From assembly GCA_041937175.2 (NCBI GenBank), contig CP166615.1, positions 3,360,001 through 3,424,000 of the forward strand: 64,000 bases of DNA. Direction: 5' to 3'. Source of the stretch: Limnothrix sp. BL-A-16. Its GTDB lineage: Bacteria > Cyanobacteriota > Cyanobacteriia > CACIAM-69d. Numbering within the stretch: position 1 is the first letter of the stretch; the number at the start of each line of letters is the position of its first letter. This document shows positions 23,502 through 35,804 of the stretch, piece after piece. The notes beneath the pieces were generated by a model. The model did not search any database. It was not told the DNA's origin and worked only from the letters and a program-made list of their open reading frames with translations. Position numbers and translations under genes: made by a program.

Positions 23502-24098
23502 CTACTCCAACCCATTAAATAGTTGTTCCTCGATCGACGGTAGCAAATCTTCGATCTGCTCCAGCTCCTCGGGATCCAGTAGTTCTGGCTGTCCCTGTTC
23601 ATTCATGCGGGCCACAATGAAAAACGGATCCAACGGCGTATAAACCGCATACTCCGTTTCATTATGGAAAAAGCTAGCTAACCACTGGAATTCATCCACA
23701 TCTTCGCCGGAGCCGTTCCCTTCCCAGGGTTCATCCTCCTCCGGTTCTTCGGGTAATTCGCCCTCAACGGTCAGCACGATCGCCGTGCGCTTCAACTTCA
23801 AATTCTCCTCTGCCAACACCGCCTTCGCCGTGTTGAACAGGAGATCGATCTGTTGCTCGTTCTCGATCGGGACGGCTTCCTCGTCCTCGTCGTCACCCTT
23901 CCAGGTCACAATCTCAACCGGGGAATCCACCGGGTGTAAGAGCACATACTCGGAGCCTTCCACCTCGATCGAGTGCTCAACAAAACACTCCAATGTCCGA
24001 CCCGTGGCATCGGACAGGGTGATGGTGGGAACGTCCCACGCAGTATCTTCTTGGGTCATGCGCGCGATGGGAATCGAGACCTTAAAAGTATCCCCCAT
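23502..24098 (-). CDS. DUF3727 domain protein (acidic); start may be 24059
   Basis: GRTLEC, LLHPVDSPV, AKAVLAE, YAVYTPLDP; usual position upstream of mltG. Confidence 0.8.
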   Translation of the reverse strand: MGDTFKVSIPIARMTQEDTAWDVPTITLSDATGRTLECFVEHSIEVEGSEYVLLHPVDSPVEIVTWKGDDEDEEAVPIENEQQIDLLFNTAKAVLAEENLKLKRTAIVLTVEGELPEEPEEDEPWEGNGSGEDVDEFQWLASFFHNETEYAVYTPLDPFFIVARMNEQGQPELLDPEELEQIEDLLPSIEEQLFNGLE

Positions 24099-24190
24099 GA
24101 GGGCAGCGTTGCCGCAGGGAATAATTAGGATTTTCCCGCCCTGCTCTCAATCACCGAACTGACAGCAGAACGGCCAGGCAATTGGCTCAC

Positions 24191-24218
24191 CCACAAAAAA
24201 GCCCCCTGCACAGGAGGC
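24191..24218 (-). terminator. Intrinsic terminator, minus strand
   Basis: Minus strand reads GCCTCCTG-tg-CAGGGGGC-TTTTTT. Confidence 0.65.
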
Positions 24219-24600
24219 CCATTGCGGACTAGAGGAGGAAGTTCACCCCCAATACCCATCTTTCACTCAGTGCCTATACCCGATCGAGAAACCCATAACA
24301 GTGCTGTTCCGAGTGCTGTGAATTGTGCCAAGCACTGGGCCACCAATTGAAGGGAAAAAAAGAAAGGGCGATCGCACCGGTATTCTCAGCCTCAGGGGCA
24401 TCATTGAGAATCAAGATGGGATTGATCGTACTTGAAAAACGAATTGGGAAAAAACCGGTTGCAAACTACTGGACAGTCTCTTTTGAAGCGATTGTTTCAG
24501 TAAACAACCTTCAACCCAACATCTCAATTCAGCAAATCTAGCGAACTTCATGAATGGTAGTTGCTGAATTGCTGATTCAGCCATTCAGCCAACGGAACCA

Positions 24601-24795
24601 TTAGCCAATGGCATCTTCTTCAGACAGCATCTCTAGAAGATTATCGGGATCCACATAGTGGCAAACCGCATCATCAACACAAATCAAAGCCCAACCCGAT
24701 GCATCAATATCCATTAATTTGTAGGAGGCTTCTTGGACAAAAAAGCCCTTATGATTACGGGTTTCCGGCTTAACAGTAACGTTGTTCGCAGACAT
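24601..24795 (-). CDS. Small hypothetical protein (64 aa)
   Basis: ATG preceded by AGGAG; protein-like composition (GWALICVDDAVCHYVDPD). Confidence 0.6.
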   Translation of the reverse strand: MSANNVTVKPETRNHKGFFVQEASYKLMDIDASGWALICVDDAVCHYVDPDNLLEMLSEEDAIG

Positions 24796-25052
24796 TTCCC
24801 TAACTCCTGAAACGGTGTGACGACGAACTGAACTGGTCGGGTAAAGCAAGTCTAATAACTTGTATCGCAAAATCCTATCATTCAATTTTTGATTGTCCAG
24901 TAAAGTTCTGTGACATCTTGCAACCCCTTGTTAAATGTAAACGCTGTAACCAGAGAGCTGCTGAACCCTGTTTTTTCGAGGGTTTGACCTGTCGGAGATT
25001 TGGCCTTTTGGGGTCACAATCGTTCGAGAAAGTGTAAAGTTTTTTGACAATT

Positions 25053-25083
25053 AAAAATGGAGCCAGTTTTTACCTGACTCCAA
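25053..25083 (-). terminator. Intrinsic terminator after the TPR gene
   Basis: TGGAGCCAG...CTGACTCCA hairpin with an A-run on + (U-tail on -). Confidence 0.55.
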
Positions 25084-25121
25084 TGCCAAAAAATCAATAA
25101 GACACGATCCCAGCGCGATCC

Positions 25122-25601
25122 CTAACTATCAAAGATCCAAGCTTTGATCCGCTGAAAGCCTTTACTGTTGGGTTTTTGGGCGATCGCCTCTTCCAAATTT
25201 TTCTGAACTTCTTCGGCCGCGTCTTGGTCAATCAAAACCAACTGGCTGGCGATTTCCACCTGTTCGCGCACCCCTTTTTGGCCGTCTTCGATCATGGCAA
25301 CGGCCAGATTTACACGGGCTTGGGCATCCTGGGGATTGAGTTTCACGGCTTTTTTAGCAGCTTTGAAAGCCAATCCCGCTTGGTCAGTCAGCAAATACAG
25401 CCATGCCAAGCAAGTCCAAGGGGGGCTGCTTTTGGGGGCCCGATCGCACACGGACTTGAACAGCGGAATCAGCACAGTGGGATCTTCACCGGCTTGATAG
25501 CGATCGATGCCTTGCAAGAACAATTCTTCGGCGGTTAACGTCGCGGAGTCAGTGGTTTCCGCATCCGCAAGTTCTGAAGTGACGACAGGAGTTTCGGCCA
25601 T
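25122..25601 (-). CDS. TPR-repeat protein
   Basis: WTCLAWLYLL...AKKAVKLNPQDAQARVNLA TPR pattern. Confidence 0.8.
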   Translation of the reverse strand: MAETPVVTSELADAETTDSATLTAEELFLQGIDRYQAGEDPTVLIPLFKSVCDRAPKSSPPWTCLAWLYLLTDQAGLAFKAAKKAVKLNPQDAQARVNLAVAMIEDGQKGVREQVEIASQLVLIDQDAAEEVQKNLEEAIAQKPNSKGFQRIKAWIFDS

Positions 25602-25904
25602 GGGTCAACCACGAAAAAGAATGAGGGTCAGTCCTGACGAACGATCGCCAACGGGGAGCAACCCGCCAGCACCGATCGCCCAAAGGCTTGGTCTTTGACC
25701 ACTGTTGAAGGGTTACGTTGCGCGCACAAAGTCGCGATCGCCCCGAAAACGGAATGGCAGGGACAATTCCGAATCCTAACGATACCAGCAAACGCGAAAC
25801 GGCAATCCCGAAGGACTGCCGCCGCTGACAGAGGGGCGATCGATCATCCCCCCAATGGGCCCGACCAAACTGATGCAACCCAGTTAAGGACAGAAGGCCC
25901 AGTT

Positions 25905-25986
25905 CAAATCAACTCAACTCAAGCTAAATCAACTCAACCTAAATCATTAACCTAAATCAACTCAACCTAAATCAGCTCACTCAACC
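25905..25986. repeat. Imperfect 15-bp tandem repeat (CCTAAATCAACTCAA, ~5 units)
   Basis: Seen directly, next to a MITE B copy. Confidence 0.7.
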
Positions 25987-25998
25987 AAAACCCAGTTA

Positions 25999-26129
25999 GA
26001 GGATGTCTGAAAAGCCAAAATTGCTACTCTGTACGCCCCAGTGATCGATGTAGACAAGGGGCTTAAGCCCCTTGCTCCCACGACAATTAATGTTTAGCCC
26101 GTACTGAAAGATACTTCTCAGATATCCTC
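25999..26129 (-). mobile_element. MITE family B copy (inverted orientation, TTA duplication)
   Basis: TTA|GAGGATGTCTGAAAAG...CTTCTCAGATATCCTC|TTA; interior is the reverse complement of 12747-12872. Confidence 0.85.
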
Positions 26130-26145
26130 TTAGGTTCAAGCCTAA

Positions 26146-26505
26146 CTAGGCCGAAAAAGACTTCCCACAGCCGCAGGTTTGGGTAGCATTCGGGTTGCGA
26201 AATTGGAACCCGCCACCAATCAAAGCCGTGCTGTAGTCCAGCTCCAAACCATAGAGATACAGCAGGCTTTTCGGATCACAAATCACCTTGAAATCGCCGT
26301 AATCAAACACATCGTCATCGGGGCGAATATTCGCTGCCGTCTCAAAGTCCATCGTGTAAGACAAGCCCGAACAACCGCCTCCCCGAACGCCAACTCGCAA
26401 GCAGAGGTCGCTTTGGCCTTGGCTCTGGCGCAGGTTGAGCAGGTGTTGGCGGGCCGACTCGCTAATTTGAATGCCTTGCTTGGCGGGAATGGTTGAAGTA
26501 GTCAT
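26146..26505 (-). CDS. iscA: Iron-sulfur cluster assembly A-type protein (HesB/IscA)
   Basis: GGCSGLSY; NPNATQTCGCGKSF. Confidence 0.9.
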   Translation of the reverse strand: MTTSTIPAKQGIQISESARQHLLNLRQSQGQSDLCLRVGVRGGGCSGLSYTMDFETAANIRPDDDVFDYGDFKVICDPKSLLYLYGLELDYSTALIGGGFQFRNPNATQTCGCGKSFSA

Positions 26506-26784
26506 AGGGTTCAAAGGGCTGGGACTAGCAACTACCTGGGGATGGCTCCTTGAAGGAATGCCCCAGAGTTTCGCGGAATTTGTGAAATCGATGGAGTCTG
26601 ATGGAATCTATTGTATGCAACTCCTCCAGCTAATTTTCAGTAATTCCAGGAGGCTATAGGTTCTGGCCATGTGACGATAACTTAACGATCATCCTCTTCC
26701 TGGATCCTCTGGGCTGAAACCACGGCAAAATAACCACGGTAAAATCAGCCCACCGCAGGAAATCACGGCACAATCACCCCACCG

Positions 26785-26930
26785 TAGGGTCTGTCGTCAA
26801 ATCGTCTGAAATCCTGATTCCACCGCTAACGGCTCTTGAGGGACAAGGCCCTTAAGCCCCTTGTTGCGATGATCGGGACATGGAAAATCAACCGTTTCTG
26901 CCTAATTCCAAGGCAGCACAACCGCCCCTA
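26785..26930 (+). mobile_element. MITE family A copy (146 bp, TA-flanked)
   Basis: TAGGGTCTGTCGTCAAATCG...CTTAAGCCCCTTG...GGAAAATCAACCGTTTC...CCCCTA. Confidence 0.85.
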
Positions 26931-27101
26931 AAACCTATCGTATGGTTAAGCCACCGTTTCGCCAGGCTGCCTCGGATGCTGGGTTTGGCGAGTGCTAGTT
27001 GGGAAGAATTGCGATAATGGAACCGGAAAGGCTGTGTCAGAACGTGAAAATGGAGTGCGCACTGCTCTTTCCAATGCGCTGTGTTGTTGGGGATCTGGGA
27101 T

Positions 27102-29054
27102 ATGCAAAGTTTGCCAAAGGCGACGATCGAACGGCTAAAGCAACTTCCGTTGTTGCGAACCACTTGGCAGGGAGACCTGAGACCGGTTCACAGCCGTGCC
27201 CTCAATACCCGCGCAAACCAGGATGCCCAAAGGCTCTGTGTGCTGTGGATGGATGTGAGTCAACCCTCGTTGCGCTCTTTGGAGCCGGTGACGGAAGAAG
27301 CGGGCTTTGAAGCGGTGGTGCGGGTTTTGCTGCAGGCCATTGAACAACCCCGAGGACAACAGCCACCGGGACGGCCCCAGCGGTTGGTGGTTTGTAACCG
27401 AGAATTGCAATTTTTCCTGCGAGGCGCGTTGCAAGGGCTAGACATCAAGGTGGAATACGGCGCGAAGCTGCCTCTGATTGATGATGTGGTGCAATCGCTG
27501 GAAGCCTACAACCCAGAATTGGAAGTGCGAGATATTTGGGATTCGCCCCACGCCAAACGGCTGGTTCAAGCAATTCGGGCCACCTGGCGATCGGCCCCTT
27601 GGATGTTGTTGGCTGAATATGAAGTGGTGGAGATTAAATTTGAGCTGGATGAGCCATACCAGTTCTATTTATCCACTTTGGGCATGGAGGGGTTGGAGCT
27701 GGGATTGTTGCTCTATCGATCGCTGGAATCGTTGGAGAAATTCCGCAAGGATATCATTAGCAGCCCCCATCGATCGGAACCGCACAAAATGGAAGAAATC
27801 TTTCTGAATCAAGATTGTTTCTTCCTCACCTTCAATGATCTAGAAGAGGGCGAAGCACCATCCTCCCAAAGCCCCATTCTTAGCGAATCGGCCTGGCCAG
27901 AATTGGGCAGCATTCATCCCCTGGAAGGAATGCGAGATCATCTATCAGATGATGAATTGATGGTGATGGTCGTCATTTTGGAAGCGCTCAATCAGTTCAT
28001 CAAGCGCAATAACAAAATCCTTTACGATGCTGACGATTTCCCAAGCCTCAACAACCAATTTCGGATTCTGAATCCCTTAGCGAATCCTAATCCTGGCCAG
28101 AAGCGCAAACAGGACAACATCGCTGTCACGATTCAAACGCGCCCTGATGTGACCCTGCGATTGCTGGAATCGGTTGCGGATCCCGAATCCCTGGCGGCTC
28201 ATTTGCTGATGCCCGATTTTATGGATGACTTGGATGAGGATGCGGAGGGCATGGCCGCTCTGGAGCAAATCCAAAAATTGTTGTCCCTCGCATCGGGACG
28301 GGATGTTCCTCGGGGACTGGGCAACCCTAACTTGAATTCTGGCTATGCTCCAAGGGCGCTGAAATCGGGGTCGTCTCAACAATTGCCATCGGGTTCACGC
28401 CACTATACCCAGGAGATTGAGACGGATTGGTTACCGGAGGGAACGTTGGTCAATTTGGAAACCAATTTGCCTCGGGTGACCCATGACATGATTCCAAATG
28501 CTTTTCGATCGCCCTTGGTGGACTATCCCTTTACGCCCAATAGTTTGATAGAGGGCGGTTCAGTACAGGAAGGCCAGCAGAAAAAAGCTGGTTCCGGAAA
28601 GGCTGCTGGAAAGACCGCTGCTCAGTCATCGAAGCGATCGCCCAAGAGTTTCCCGCTACTGGCTTTGCAAACCTCCCAGCCCAAGGCCAAGGCGTTGATT
28701 GATGAAGTGCTGAGTCAAGATCGCCCGATCGCGATGGGGTTGATGTCGAGTCATGATCAGTTTGATCAGGCTTACGATTTGTTGGTGCTTTACACGGCGC
28801 AAGGTCGCCTGCTGGGGGTGAATGTTTATTGGCAAGATGACCCGCTCGATCGCGCATTGATTGCAGACTGGCACAAACGAACCAAAGCGGCGGGAAATCG
28901 CTGCTCGGTGGCAGTGTTCAAGGGAGCCACGGGCAAGAATCGCGGCATGGTTGATCCGTTGGATCTGATGCGGTTGTGGGATATCCATGCGTTGAGCATG
29001 GAAGATTTGATGCGATCGGCAGTGCAGGCCCAAATTGCCAGGGGGAAGGCCTAG
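27102..29054 (+). CDS. Conserved cyanobacterial hypothetical protein (DUF6930-like)
   Basis: ~650 aa; [52 protein letters not shown]. Confidence 0.75.
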   Translation: MQSLPKATIERLKQLPLLRTTWQGDLRPVHSRALNTRANQDAQRLCVLWMDVSQPSLRSLEPVTEEAGFEAVVRVLLQAIEQPRGQQPPGRPQRLVVCNRELQFFLRGALQGLDIKVEYGAKLPLIDDVVQSLEAYNPELEVRDIWDSPHAKRLVQAIRATWRSAPWMLLAEYEVVEIKFELDEPYQFYLSTLGMEGLELGLLLYRSLESLEKFRKDIISSPHRSEPHKMEEIFLNQDCFFLTFNDLEEGEAPSSQSPILSESAWPELGSIHPLEGMRDHLSDDELMVMVVILEALNQFIKRNNKILYDADDFPSLNNQFRILNPLANPNPGQKRKQDNIAVTIQTRPDVTLRLLESVADPESLAAHLLMPDFMDDLDEDAEGMAALEQIQKLLSLASGRDVPRGLGNPNLNSGYAPRALKSGSSQQLPSGSRHYTQEIETDWLPEGTLVNLETNLPRVTHDMIPNAFRSPLVDYPFTPNSLIEGGSVQEGQQKKAGSGKAAGKTAAQSSKRSPKSFPLLALQTSQPKAKALIDEVLSQDRPIAMGLMSSHDQFDQAYDLLVLYTAQGRLLGVNVYWQDDPLDRALIADWHKRTKAAGNRCSVAVFKGATGKNRGMVDPLDLMRLWDIHALSMEDLMRSAVQAQIARGKA

Positions 29055-29187
29055 GGGCGACGGAAGCGGGCAACTGCGATGTTACAATCCGTTAATATTT
29101 TGGGCGATCGAGCCGGGTGAACCGTTCCAGGAACCCACCGCCCGATCGCCCTTACTCACCCGATGCACAGAAGGATTTGAGGCAGCC

Positions 29188-30639
29188 ATGCGAGTCGCGA
29201 TCGTGGGAGCCGGATTAGCCGGATTAGCCACCGCCGTGGATCTAGTCGATGCGGGCCATGAAGTGGAAATCTTTGAGGCCCGTAATTTTGTTGGCGGCAA
29301 GGTTGGCAGTTGGGTTGATGCAGACGGTAACCATGTGGAGATGGGCTTGCACGTCTTCTTTGGCTGCTATGAAAACCTGTTTGGCCTGATGAAAAAGGTG
29401 GGAGCCTTTGAAAATCTGTTGCTGAAGGAGCATACCCACACCTTCGTGAATCGGGGTGGCCATTTGGGCGAGCTGGATTTTCGCTTCCCGATCGGGGCCC
29501 CCTTCAACGGTTTGAAGGCTTTTTTCACCACCTCGCAACTGTCGGTTGCCGACAAGCTGGCTAACTCGATCGCCCTGGGAACCAGCCCGATCGTCCGGGG
29601 ATTGGTGGACTTCAATGGCGCAATGAAAACGATCCGTGAGCTGGATCGGGTCAGCTTTGCCGACTGGTTCCGCAGCCATGGCGGTTCCGATGGCAGCTTG
29701 AAACGGATGTGGAACCCGATCGCCTACGCCCTTGGCTTCATCGACACCGAAAATATTTCGGCCCGCTGTATGCTCACCATCTTCCAATTCTTTGCTGCCA
29801 AAACGGAAGCCTCGGTGTTGCGGATGCTGGCCGGCTCGCCCGATGAATATCTGCACAAGCCGATCGTCAAATACATCACCGATCGCGGCGGCAAAATTCA
29901 CCTGCGTCGCCGGATTCGGGAAGTGCAGTACACCGAAAGCAGCAGCGGCGAAATCCGCGTCACGGGCCTCGATGTGGCCGATGGGGAAGCCACCGAGCGG
30001 ATCACTGCCGATGCCTACGTGGCCGCCTGCGACATCCCCGGAATTCATCGCCTGTTGCCGGAAGCCTGGCGCAAAATTCCCGAATTCGACAACATCTACA
30101 AACTAGAAGCCGTACCCGTGGCCACGGTGCAGTTGCGGTTTGATGGTTGGGTCACAGAAATGCAAGACCCCGCAGCCATGAAGGATTTGGCTAAGGCGCG
30201 TGGCCTCGATAACCTACTCTATTCCGCCGATGCGGATTTCTCCTGCTTTGCGGACTTAGCCCTCACCAGTCCCAAGGATTACTACCGCGAGGGCCAAGGC
30301 TCCTTGCTGCAATTGGTGCTGACTCCCGGCGACCCGTTCATCAAAAAGTCCAACGAGGAAACAGTGCAGCATGTCCTCAAGCAAGTTCATGACCTGTTCC
30401 CCTCGTCGCGCAGCCTGAATCTGGTGTGGTCAGGGGTGGTGAAGCTGGCCCAATCGCTCTACCGCGAGGGGCCGGGCATGGATCCCTATCGCCCCAACCA
30501 AAAGACATCGATCGAAAACTTCTTCTTGGCCGGCAGCTACACCATGCAGGACTACATCGACAGTATGGAGGGCGCAACCCTCTCGGGCAAACAGGCGGCG
30601 AAGGCGCTGTTAAGCACCCAACTCCCGATCGCGGCCTAG
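29188..30639 (+). CDS. zds: 9,9'-di-cis-zeta-carotene desaturase (CrtQ)
   Basis: [47 protein letters not shown]. Confidence 0.96.
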   Translation: MRVAIVGAGLAGLATAVDLVDAGHEVEIFEARNFVGGKVGSWVDADGNHVEMGLHVFFGCYENLFGLMKKVGAFENLLLKEHTHTFVNRGGHLGELDFRFPIGAPFNGLKAFFTTSQLSVADKLANSIALGTSPIVRGLVDFNGAMKTIRELDRVSFADWFRSHGGSDGSLKRMWNPIAYALGFIDTENISARCMLTIFQFFAAKTEASVLRMLAGSPDEYLHKPIVKYITDRGGKIHLRRRIREVQYTESSSGEIRVTGLDVADGEATERITADAYVAACDIPGIHRLLPEAWRKIPEFDNIYKLEAVPVATVQLRFDGWVTEMQDPAAMKDLAKARGLDNLLYSADADFSCFADLALTSPKDYYREGQGSLLQLVLTPGDPFIKKSNEETVQHVLKQVHDLFPSSRSLNLVWSGVVKLAQSLYREGPGMDPYRPNQKTSIENFFLAGSYTMQDYIDSMEGATLSGKQAAKALLSTQLPIAA

Positions 30640-30885
30640 CTATCGGCTGTCTATGAGGGGTTCATTCTTGGTCAACCGGGGGTAACCGGGCGATCGGGTC
30701 ATACCTTCAAGTGCTGATTGCAGCAGCATGTGGGGTGGTTAATGGCCACCCTCCAGGTTTAACAGTGTTGATCTTGCGGATCATTCAGACCAGTTCTGAC
30801 CCCTCTTTTCTGCATCTCAAAATTCCGGTGTCAAAATAAATCAATTGGTTATGAATCAATTGGTTGCAAGCACGGTGATGTTCAC

Positions 30886-31458
30886 ATGCTAGAAACCCTG
30901 ACCGCCCCGATCGCCCTGGCAGACTTTTTGGAGTTGCCGGAAACCCAACCAGCGAGTGAATATATCGACGGGCAAATCCTGCAAAAACCCATGCCCAAAG
31001 GAAAACATAGCCGAATCCAAAGCAAGTTGACTGCATTCATCAATGCGGTAACGGAACCATTAAAGTCAGCCAGTGCATTTACCGAATTGCGTTGCACCTT
31101 TGACGGGCGCTCGATCGTGCCGGATATTGCTGTCTTTTCTTGGGAACGGATTCCCAAAGATGAATCGGGTGAAATTGCCGATCGATTTCTGCTGGCTCCC
31201 GATTGGGTGGTGGAGATTCTATCTCCTGATCAAAGCCATGCCCAACTATTTAAAAAACTCCGCCATTGCTTTCAGCACGGAACGATCGCTGGTTGGATTA
31301 TTGATCCTGCAAACAAAGCCGTCATGATCTATCGGCCGGGTCAAGAGGCACTGTTGTTTGATCTAGAAGAAATGCCCGATCGCCCCTTGCCCATTCCAGA
31401 ATTTGTCGGAGAGCTAACCCTCACCTCAGAAGTTTTATTTAGTTGGCTGGCACTTTGA
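30886..31458 (+). CDS. Uma2 family (PD-(D/E)xK) putative endonuclease
   Basis: LPETQPASEYIDG, KPMPKGKHS, ELRC, VPDIAV, PDWVVEILSP. Confidence 0.92.
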   Translation: MLETLTAPIALADFLELPETQPASEYIDGQILQKPMPKGKHSRIQSKLTAFINAVTEPLKSASAFTELRCTFDGRSIVPDIAVFSWERIPKDESGEIADRFLLAPDWVVEILSPDQSHAQLFKKLRHCFQHGTIAGWIIDPANKAVMIYRPGQEALLFDLEEMPDRPLPIPEFVGELTLTSEVLFSWLAL

Positions 31459-31557
31459 AACTGCGAAGAATTCAAATTCTTCAAGTCCTTCGATTTTTCA
31501 TACAGTTTTTACCTAGAACGATTGGCACGCTATATCGCAAATTCAATACAGCGCTTA

Positions 31558-31582
31558 GTTAGGTGGGCAATGCCCACCCTAT
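31558..31582. repeat. REP-like palindrome (GGTGGGCA-A-TGCCCACC) between convergent genes
   Basis: GTTAGGTGGGCAATGCCCACCCTAT, a GTAG-class REP-like hairpin. Confidence 0.6.
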
Positions 31583-31598
31583 GGGCTAATTTTTACCA

Positions 31599-32123
31599 TT
31601 AATTTACGAGTTTCTGTTGGGCTTGCCGTTGTTTTTTGCGTTCCACCATGGCCGATAAATGTCGTCGCAACAGAGCGCTACCTTGCAAATTTTGACTTTC
31701 CAAATATAAATCTCCCGCCTTTACCAACCGAGGAACTGCTTCATTGTCATTGAGCAAATTAGCCAAGGCCAGACCCCAGTTATGGTAAGCCTCCGGCCAG
31801 TTGGGTGCTAATTCCAGAGCTGTTGCAAATCGCTCACCGGCAGCCCGATAGTCTCCTTGGTTAAACAGCGTTTGTCCCTGATTGAAAGCCGCGATCGCCT
31901 TAGGAATTCGATCGCCGTTCTCTGTTGGCAAGGGAACCGCCTCCGTGAACAGAACCGATCGGCTACCCTGGCCGCGATAGGCCCAAATCATAATTCCCAA
32001 AGAGCCGCCCAATACCGCGCCGATCACACCAAACCAAAGGGCAAAGTCACCCCACTCTAAGCCCAGGCGATCGAGCAATTGGGATTCAACCACGGCCATG
32101 AATGCTGTCATCACTGCTGTCAT
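31599..32123 (-). CDS. Membrane-anchored TPR protein
   Basis: N-terminal TM; AFNQG..LF..GDY..A...F..ALELAPNWPEAYHNWGLA. Confidence 0.8.
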   Translation of the reverse strand: MTAVMTAFMAVVESQLLDRLGLEWGDFALWFGVIGAVLGGSLGIMIWAYRGQGSRSVLFTEAVPLPTENGDRIPKAIAAFNQGQTLFNQGDYRAAGERFATALELAPNWPEAYHNWGLALANLLNDNEAVPRLVKAGDLYLESQNLQGSALLRRHLSAMVERKKQRQAQQKLVN

Positions 32124-32383
32124 TACCCCGATTATGATCGTTGATGGATGAATCTGCTGAATTTGAGAATGGATCTGATTCGTCGGCTGAATAGACCAAT
32201 TTCTAATCAGTTTAAAACCAATCAGAAACTAATAGAGCCAAGGGATAACTCAATCCTCCCTTGGCTCTGCAATCTTTAGCGATAAGTTTCAAGTGCTAGG
32301 TTTCAACAGCGTTTTCCACTGCTTAGGGTTAATCAACGGTTGCAACTTAGCCTCTTAACTGAAGCATTTTGGCTGAAGTACCC

Positions 32384-32584
32384 TTAAGCCGGTTGGCGAA
32401 ACAGCGTTGATAGATAAACCCGCGACACCCGCCGATCGCTCTCCCCGTTTTGCAACAGAAAAAGCGACAGAGCCGCCGCAAACACCCGGTTCAAATCCCA
32501 GTCGGGATGCACTTCCAAATAATCCTTAAGGGCTTCGTGGAGTTCTTCAGGAATTTCCGCCACGATGCTAACTGTGCCACTCAT
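32384..32584 (-). CDS. DUF2811 domain protein
   Basis: AEIPEELH...YLEVHPDWD..RVFAAALSLFLLQN...RVYL..LF. Confidence 0.85.
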   Translation of the reverse strand: MSGTVSIVAEIPEELHEALKDYLEVHPDWDLNRVFAAALSLFLLQNGESDRRVSRVYLSTLFRQPA

Positions 32585-32820
32585 CGGCAAAACCCCAGCC
32601 ACATTGGTAAGCGGCAACATTGTGCGCCAGGCTCTCGGCGATGTCAATGCTGCGAAATATTGCGATCCAGTTCAAAAACTCAGAATTTTTTCTGGATAGC
32701 ACATATTTTTACTCATTTAATTTACATAAAGTCATACAAAATTGCCTTTTATGAGAAGCTGGGCGATCGCCCAAAACAATCCCCAACCGAACGACAAACC
32801 GTATCGTTGGCGACATAGCC

Positions 32821-32883
32821 TGTGGAAAACTCCGCCATTTCTGTGGAAAACTTGGGGGTCTTCTGTGGAAAACCTGTGGAAAA
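32821..32883. promoter_or_regulatory. Cluster of four cyanobacterial-type DnaA boxes (TGTGGAAAA, reverse complement TTTTCCACA)
   Basis: Perfect copies at 32821, 32842, 32864 and 32875, all in the same orientation. Confidence 0.75.
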
Positions 32884-33013
32884 CTTTCCCCCAAAATAAG
32901 AATTTCCCCTTTGCAAAATGATTTGCATCCTCAGAAATCCTGACCGGGGGCCTCGGATCGTCAGCCCAGCGCCCAATGCGATAATGGGGGTGTTGAATTC
33001 AGCCCAGCTAGTC

Positions 33014-34249
33014 GTGACCGTAACCCCGCTCCGTTCCGCCACCTTCAATGCCCAAGTGCCCGATGCCCTCGGCCGGTTTGGCCAGTTCGGCGGCAAATAC
33101 GTTCCCGAAACCCTGATGCCCGCCCTGGCTGAGTTGGAGCGGGCCTACGAGCACTATCGGCACGACCCAGACTTTCAAGCGGAACTTCAAGGGTTGCTGC
33201 AAGACTATGTGGGCCGCCCCAGCCCGCTCTACTTTGCCGAGCGACTGACCCAGCACTATGCCCGGCCCGACGGCAGCGGCCCGCAAATTTACCTGAAGCG
33301 CGAAGACCTGAACCACACGGGCGCACACAAAATTAACAACGCGATCGCCCAAGCCCTGCTCGCTAAACGGATGGGCAAACAGCGAATCATTGCCGAAACC
33401 GGAGCCGGCCAGCACGGCGTAGCGACGGCCACCGTTTGCGCCCGCTTTGGCCTCGATTGCGTGATTTACATGGGCATCCATGACATGGAGCGCCAGGCCC
33501 TGAACGTGTTCCGCATGAAGCTGATGGGTGCAGAGGTGCGACCCGTGGAAGCGGGAACCGGCACGCTGAAGGATGCCACCTCGGAAGCGATTCGCGACTG
33601 GGTGACCAACGTGGAAACCACCCACTACATCCTCGGTTCCGTGGCTGGCCCCCACCCTTACCCGATGATGGTGCGCGACTTCCACGCCATCATCGGCGAA
33701 GAAACCCGCCAACAGTGCCAAGCCAAGTGGGGCGGACTGCCAGATATTTTGCTTGCCTGCGTCGGTGGTGGCTCCAATGCCATGGGGCTGTTCCATGAGT
33801 TTGTGACGGAACCAACCGTGCGGATGATTGGTGTGGAAGCGGCGGGCGAGGGAGCCGACACCGAAAAGCACGCGGCTACCTTGACCAAGGGCCGGGTGGG
33901 TGTGTTGCATGGGGCCATGAGCTATTTGCTGCAAGATGGTGACGGCCAGGTCATTGAGGCCCACTCGATCAGCGCCGGGTTGGACTATCCCGGTGTGGGC
34001 CCAGAGCACGCCTACTTGAAGGATGCGGGACGTGCGGAGTACTACAGCGTGACGGATCAGGAGGCGTTGGATGCCTTCCAACGGGTGTCGCGTCTGGAGG
34101 GAATTATCCCGGCGCTGGAAACGGCCCACGCCTTTGCCCATCTGGAAAAACTTTGCCCGACCTTGGACGGCAGCCCGAAGATTGTGATTAATTGTTCGGG
34201 CCGGGGCGATAAAGATGTGCAAACGGTAGCCAAGGTGTTGATGCCTTAG
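33014..34249 (+). CDS. trpB: Tryptophan synthase beta chain
   Basis: [52 protein letters not shown] start is inferred. Confidence 0.98.
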   Translation: MTVTPLRSATFNAQVPDALGRFGQFGGKYVPETLMPALAELERAYEHYRHDPDFQAELQGLLQDYVGRPSPLYFAERLTQHYARPDGSGPQIYLKREDLNHTGAHKINNAIAQALLAKRMGKQRIIAETGAGQHGVATATVCARFGLDCVIYMGIHDMERQALNVFRMKLMGAEVRPVEAGTGTLKDATSEAIRDWVTNVETTHYILGSVAGPHPYPMMVRDFHAIIGEETRQQCQAKWGGLPDILLACVGGGSNAMGLFHEFVTEPTVRMIGVEAAGEGADTEKHAATLTKGRVGVLHGAMSYLLQDGDGQVIEAHSISAGLDYPGVGPEHAYLKDAGRAEYYSVTDQEALDAFQRVSRLEGIIPALETAHAFAHLEKLCPTLDGSPKIVINCSGRGDKDVQTVAKVLMP

Positions 34250-34391
34250 TGCCTGTCGTCAAATCGCCTGAAACCCTGATTCCACCGTTGCTGGATCGTG
34301 GGGGACAAGGGGCTTGAGCATCTTGTTACAACGACTGGGACATGGAAAATCAATCGTTTTCACCTGATCCTAGGAAATGACGACAGGCCCT
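34247..34391 (+). mobile_element. MITE family A copy; starts on the trpB stop codon, and its right terminus is the IS110 insertion site
   Basis: TAGTGCCTGTCGTCAAATCG...GACGACAGGCCCT, with the final A(G) displaced to 35716 after the IS. Confidence 0.85.
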
Positions 34392-34397
34392 TGTATG

Positions 34398-35660
<1,263 letters not shown>

Positions 35661-35687
35661 GCTTTACATTTTGTCACTTTCAGACCC

Positions 35688-35715
35688 TTGCGCCTCCTCG
35701 GCGAACACAGTATCT
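35688..35715 (+). promoter_or_regulatory. Junction promoter half in the IS110 right end (-35 TTGCGC, 17 bp, -10 TATCT[T])
   Basis: The last T of the -10 box is supplied only by the left end after circularisation (TATCTT); the integrated form reads TATCTA. Confidence 0.65.
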
Positions 35716-35776
35716 AGGCCTGGTTGTCACGCCCGATCGCTTGGGATGGGAATGGCTGATTTTTGCAGCCATATCC

Positions 35777-35804
35777 GTAGGGGTGTACCGCCGTATGCCC
35801 CTAC
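35777..35804. repeat. GTAG-class REP-like palindrome
   Basis: GTAGGGGTGTAC-CGCC-GTATGCCCCTAC. Confidence 0.6.

Noticed and set aside
32821..32885. CTGTGGAAAAC repeats as a mini-CRISPR
   Set aside because: Repeat is only 11 bp, spacers are 0-11 bp and no cas genes are present; DnaA boxes explain it better
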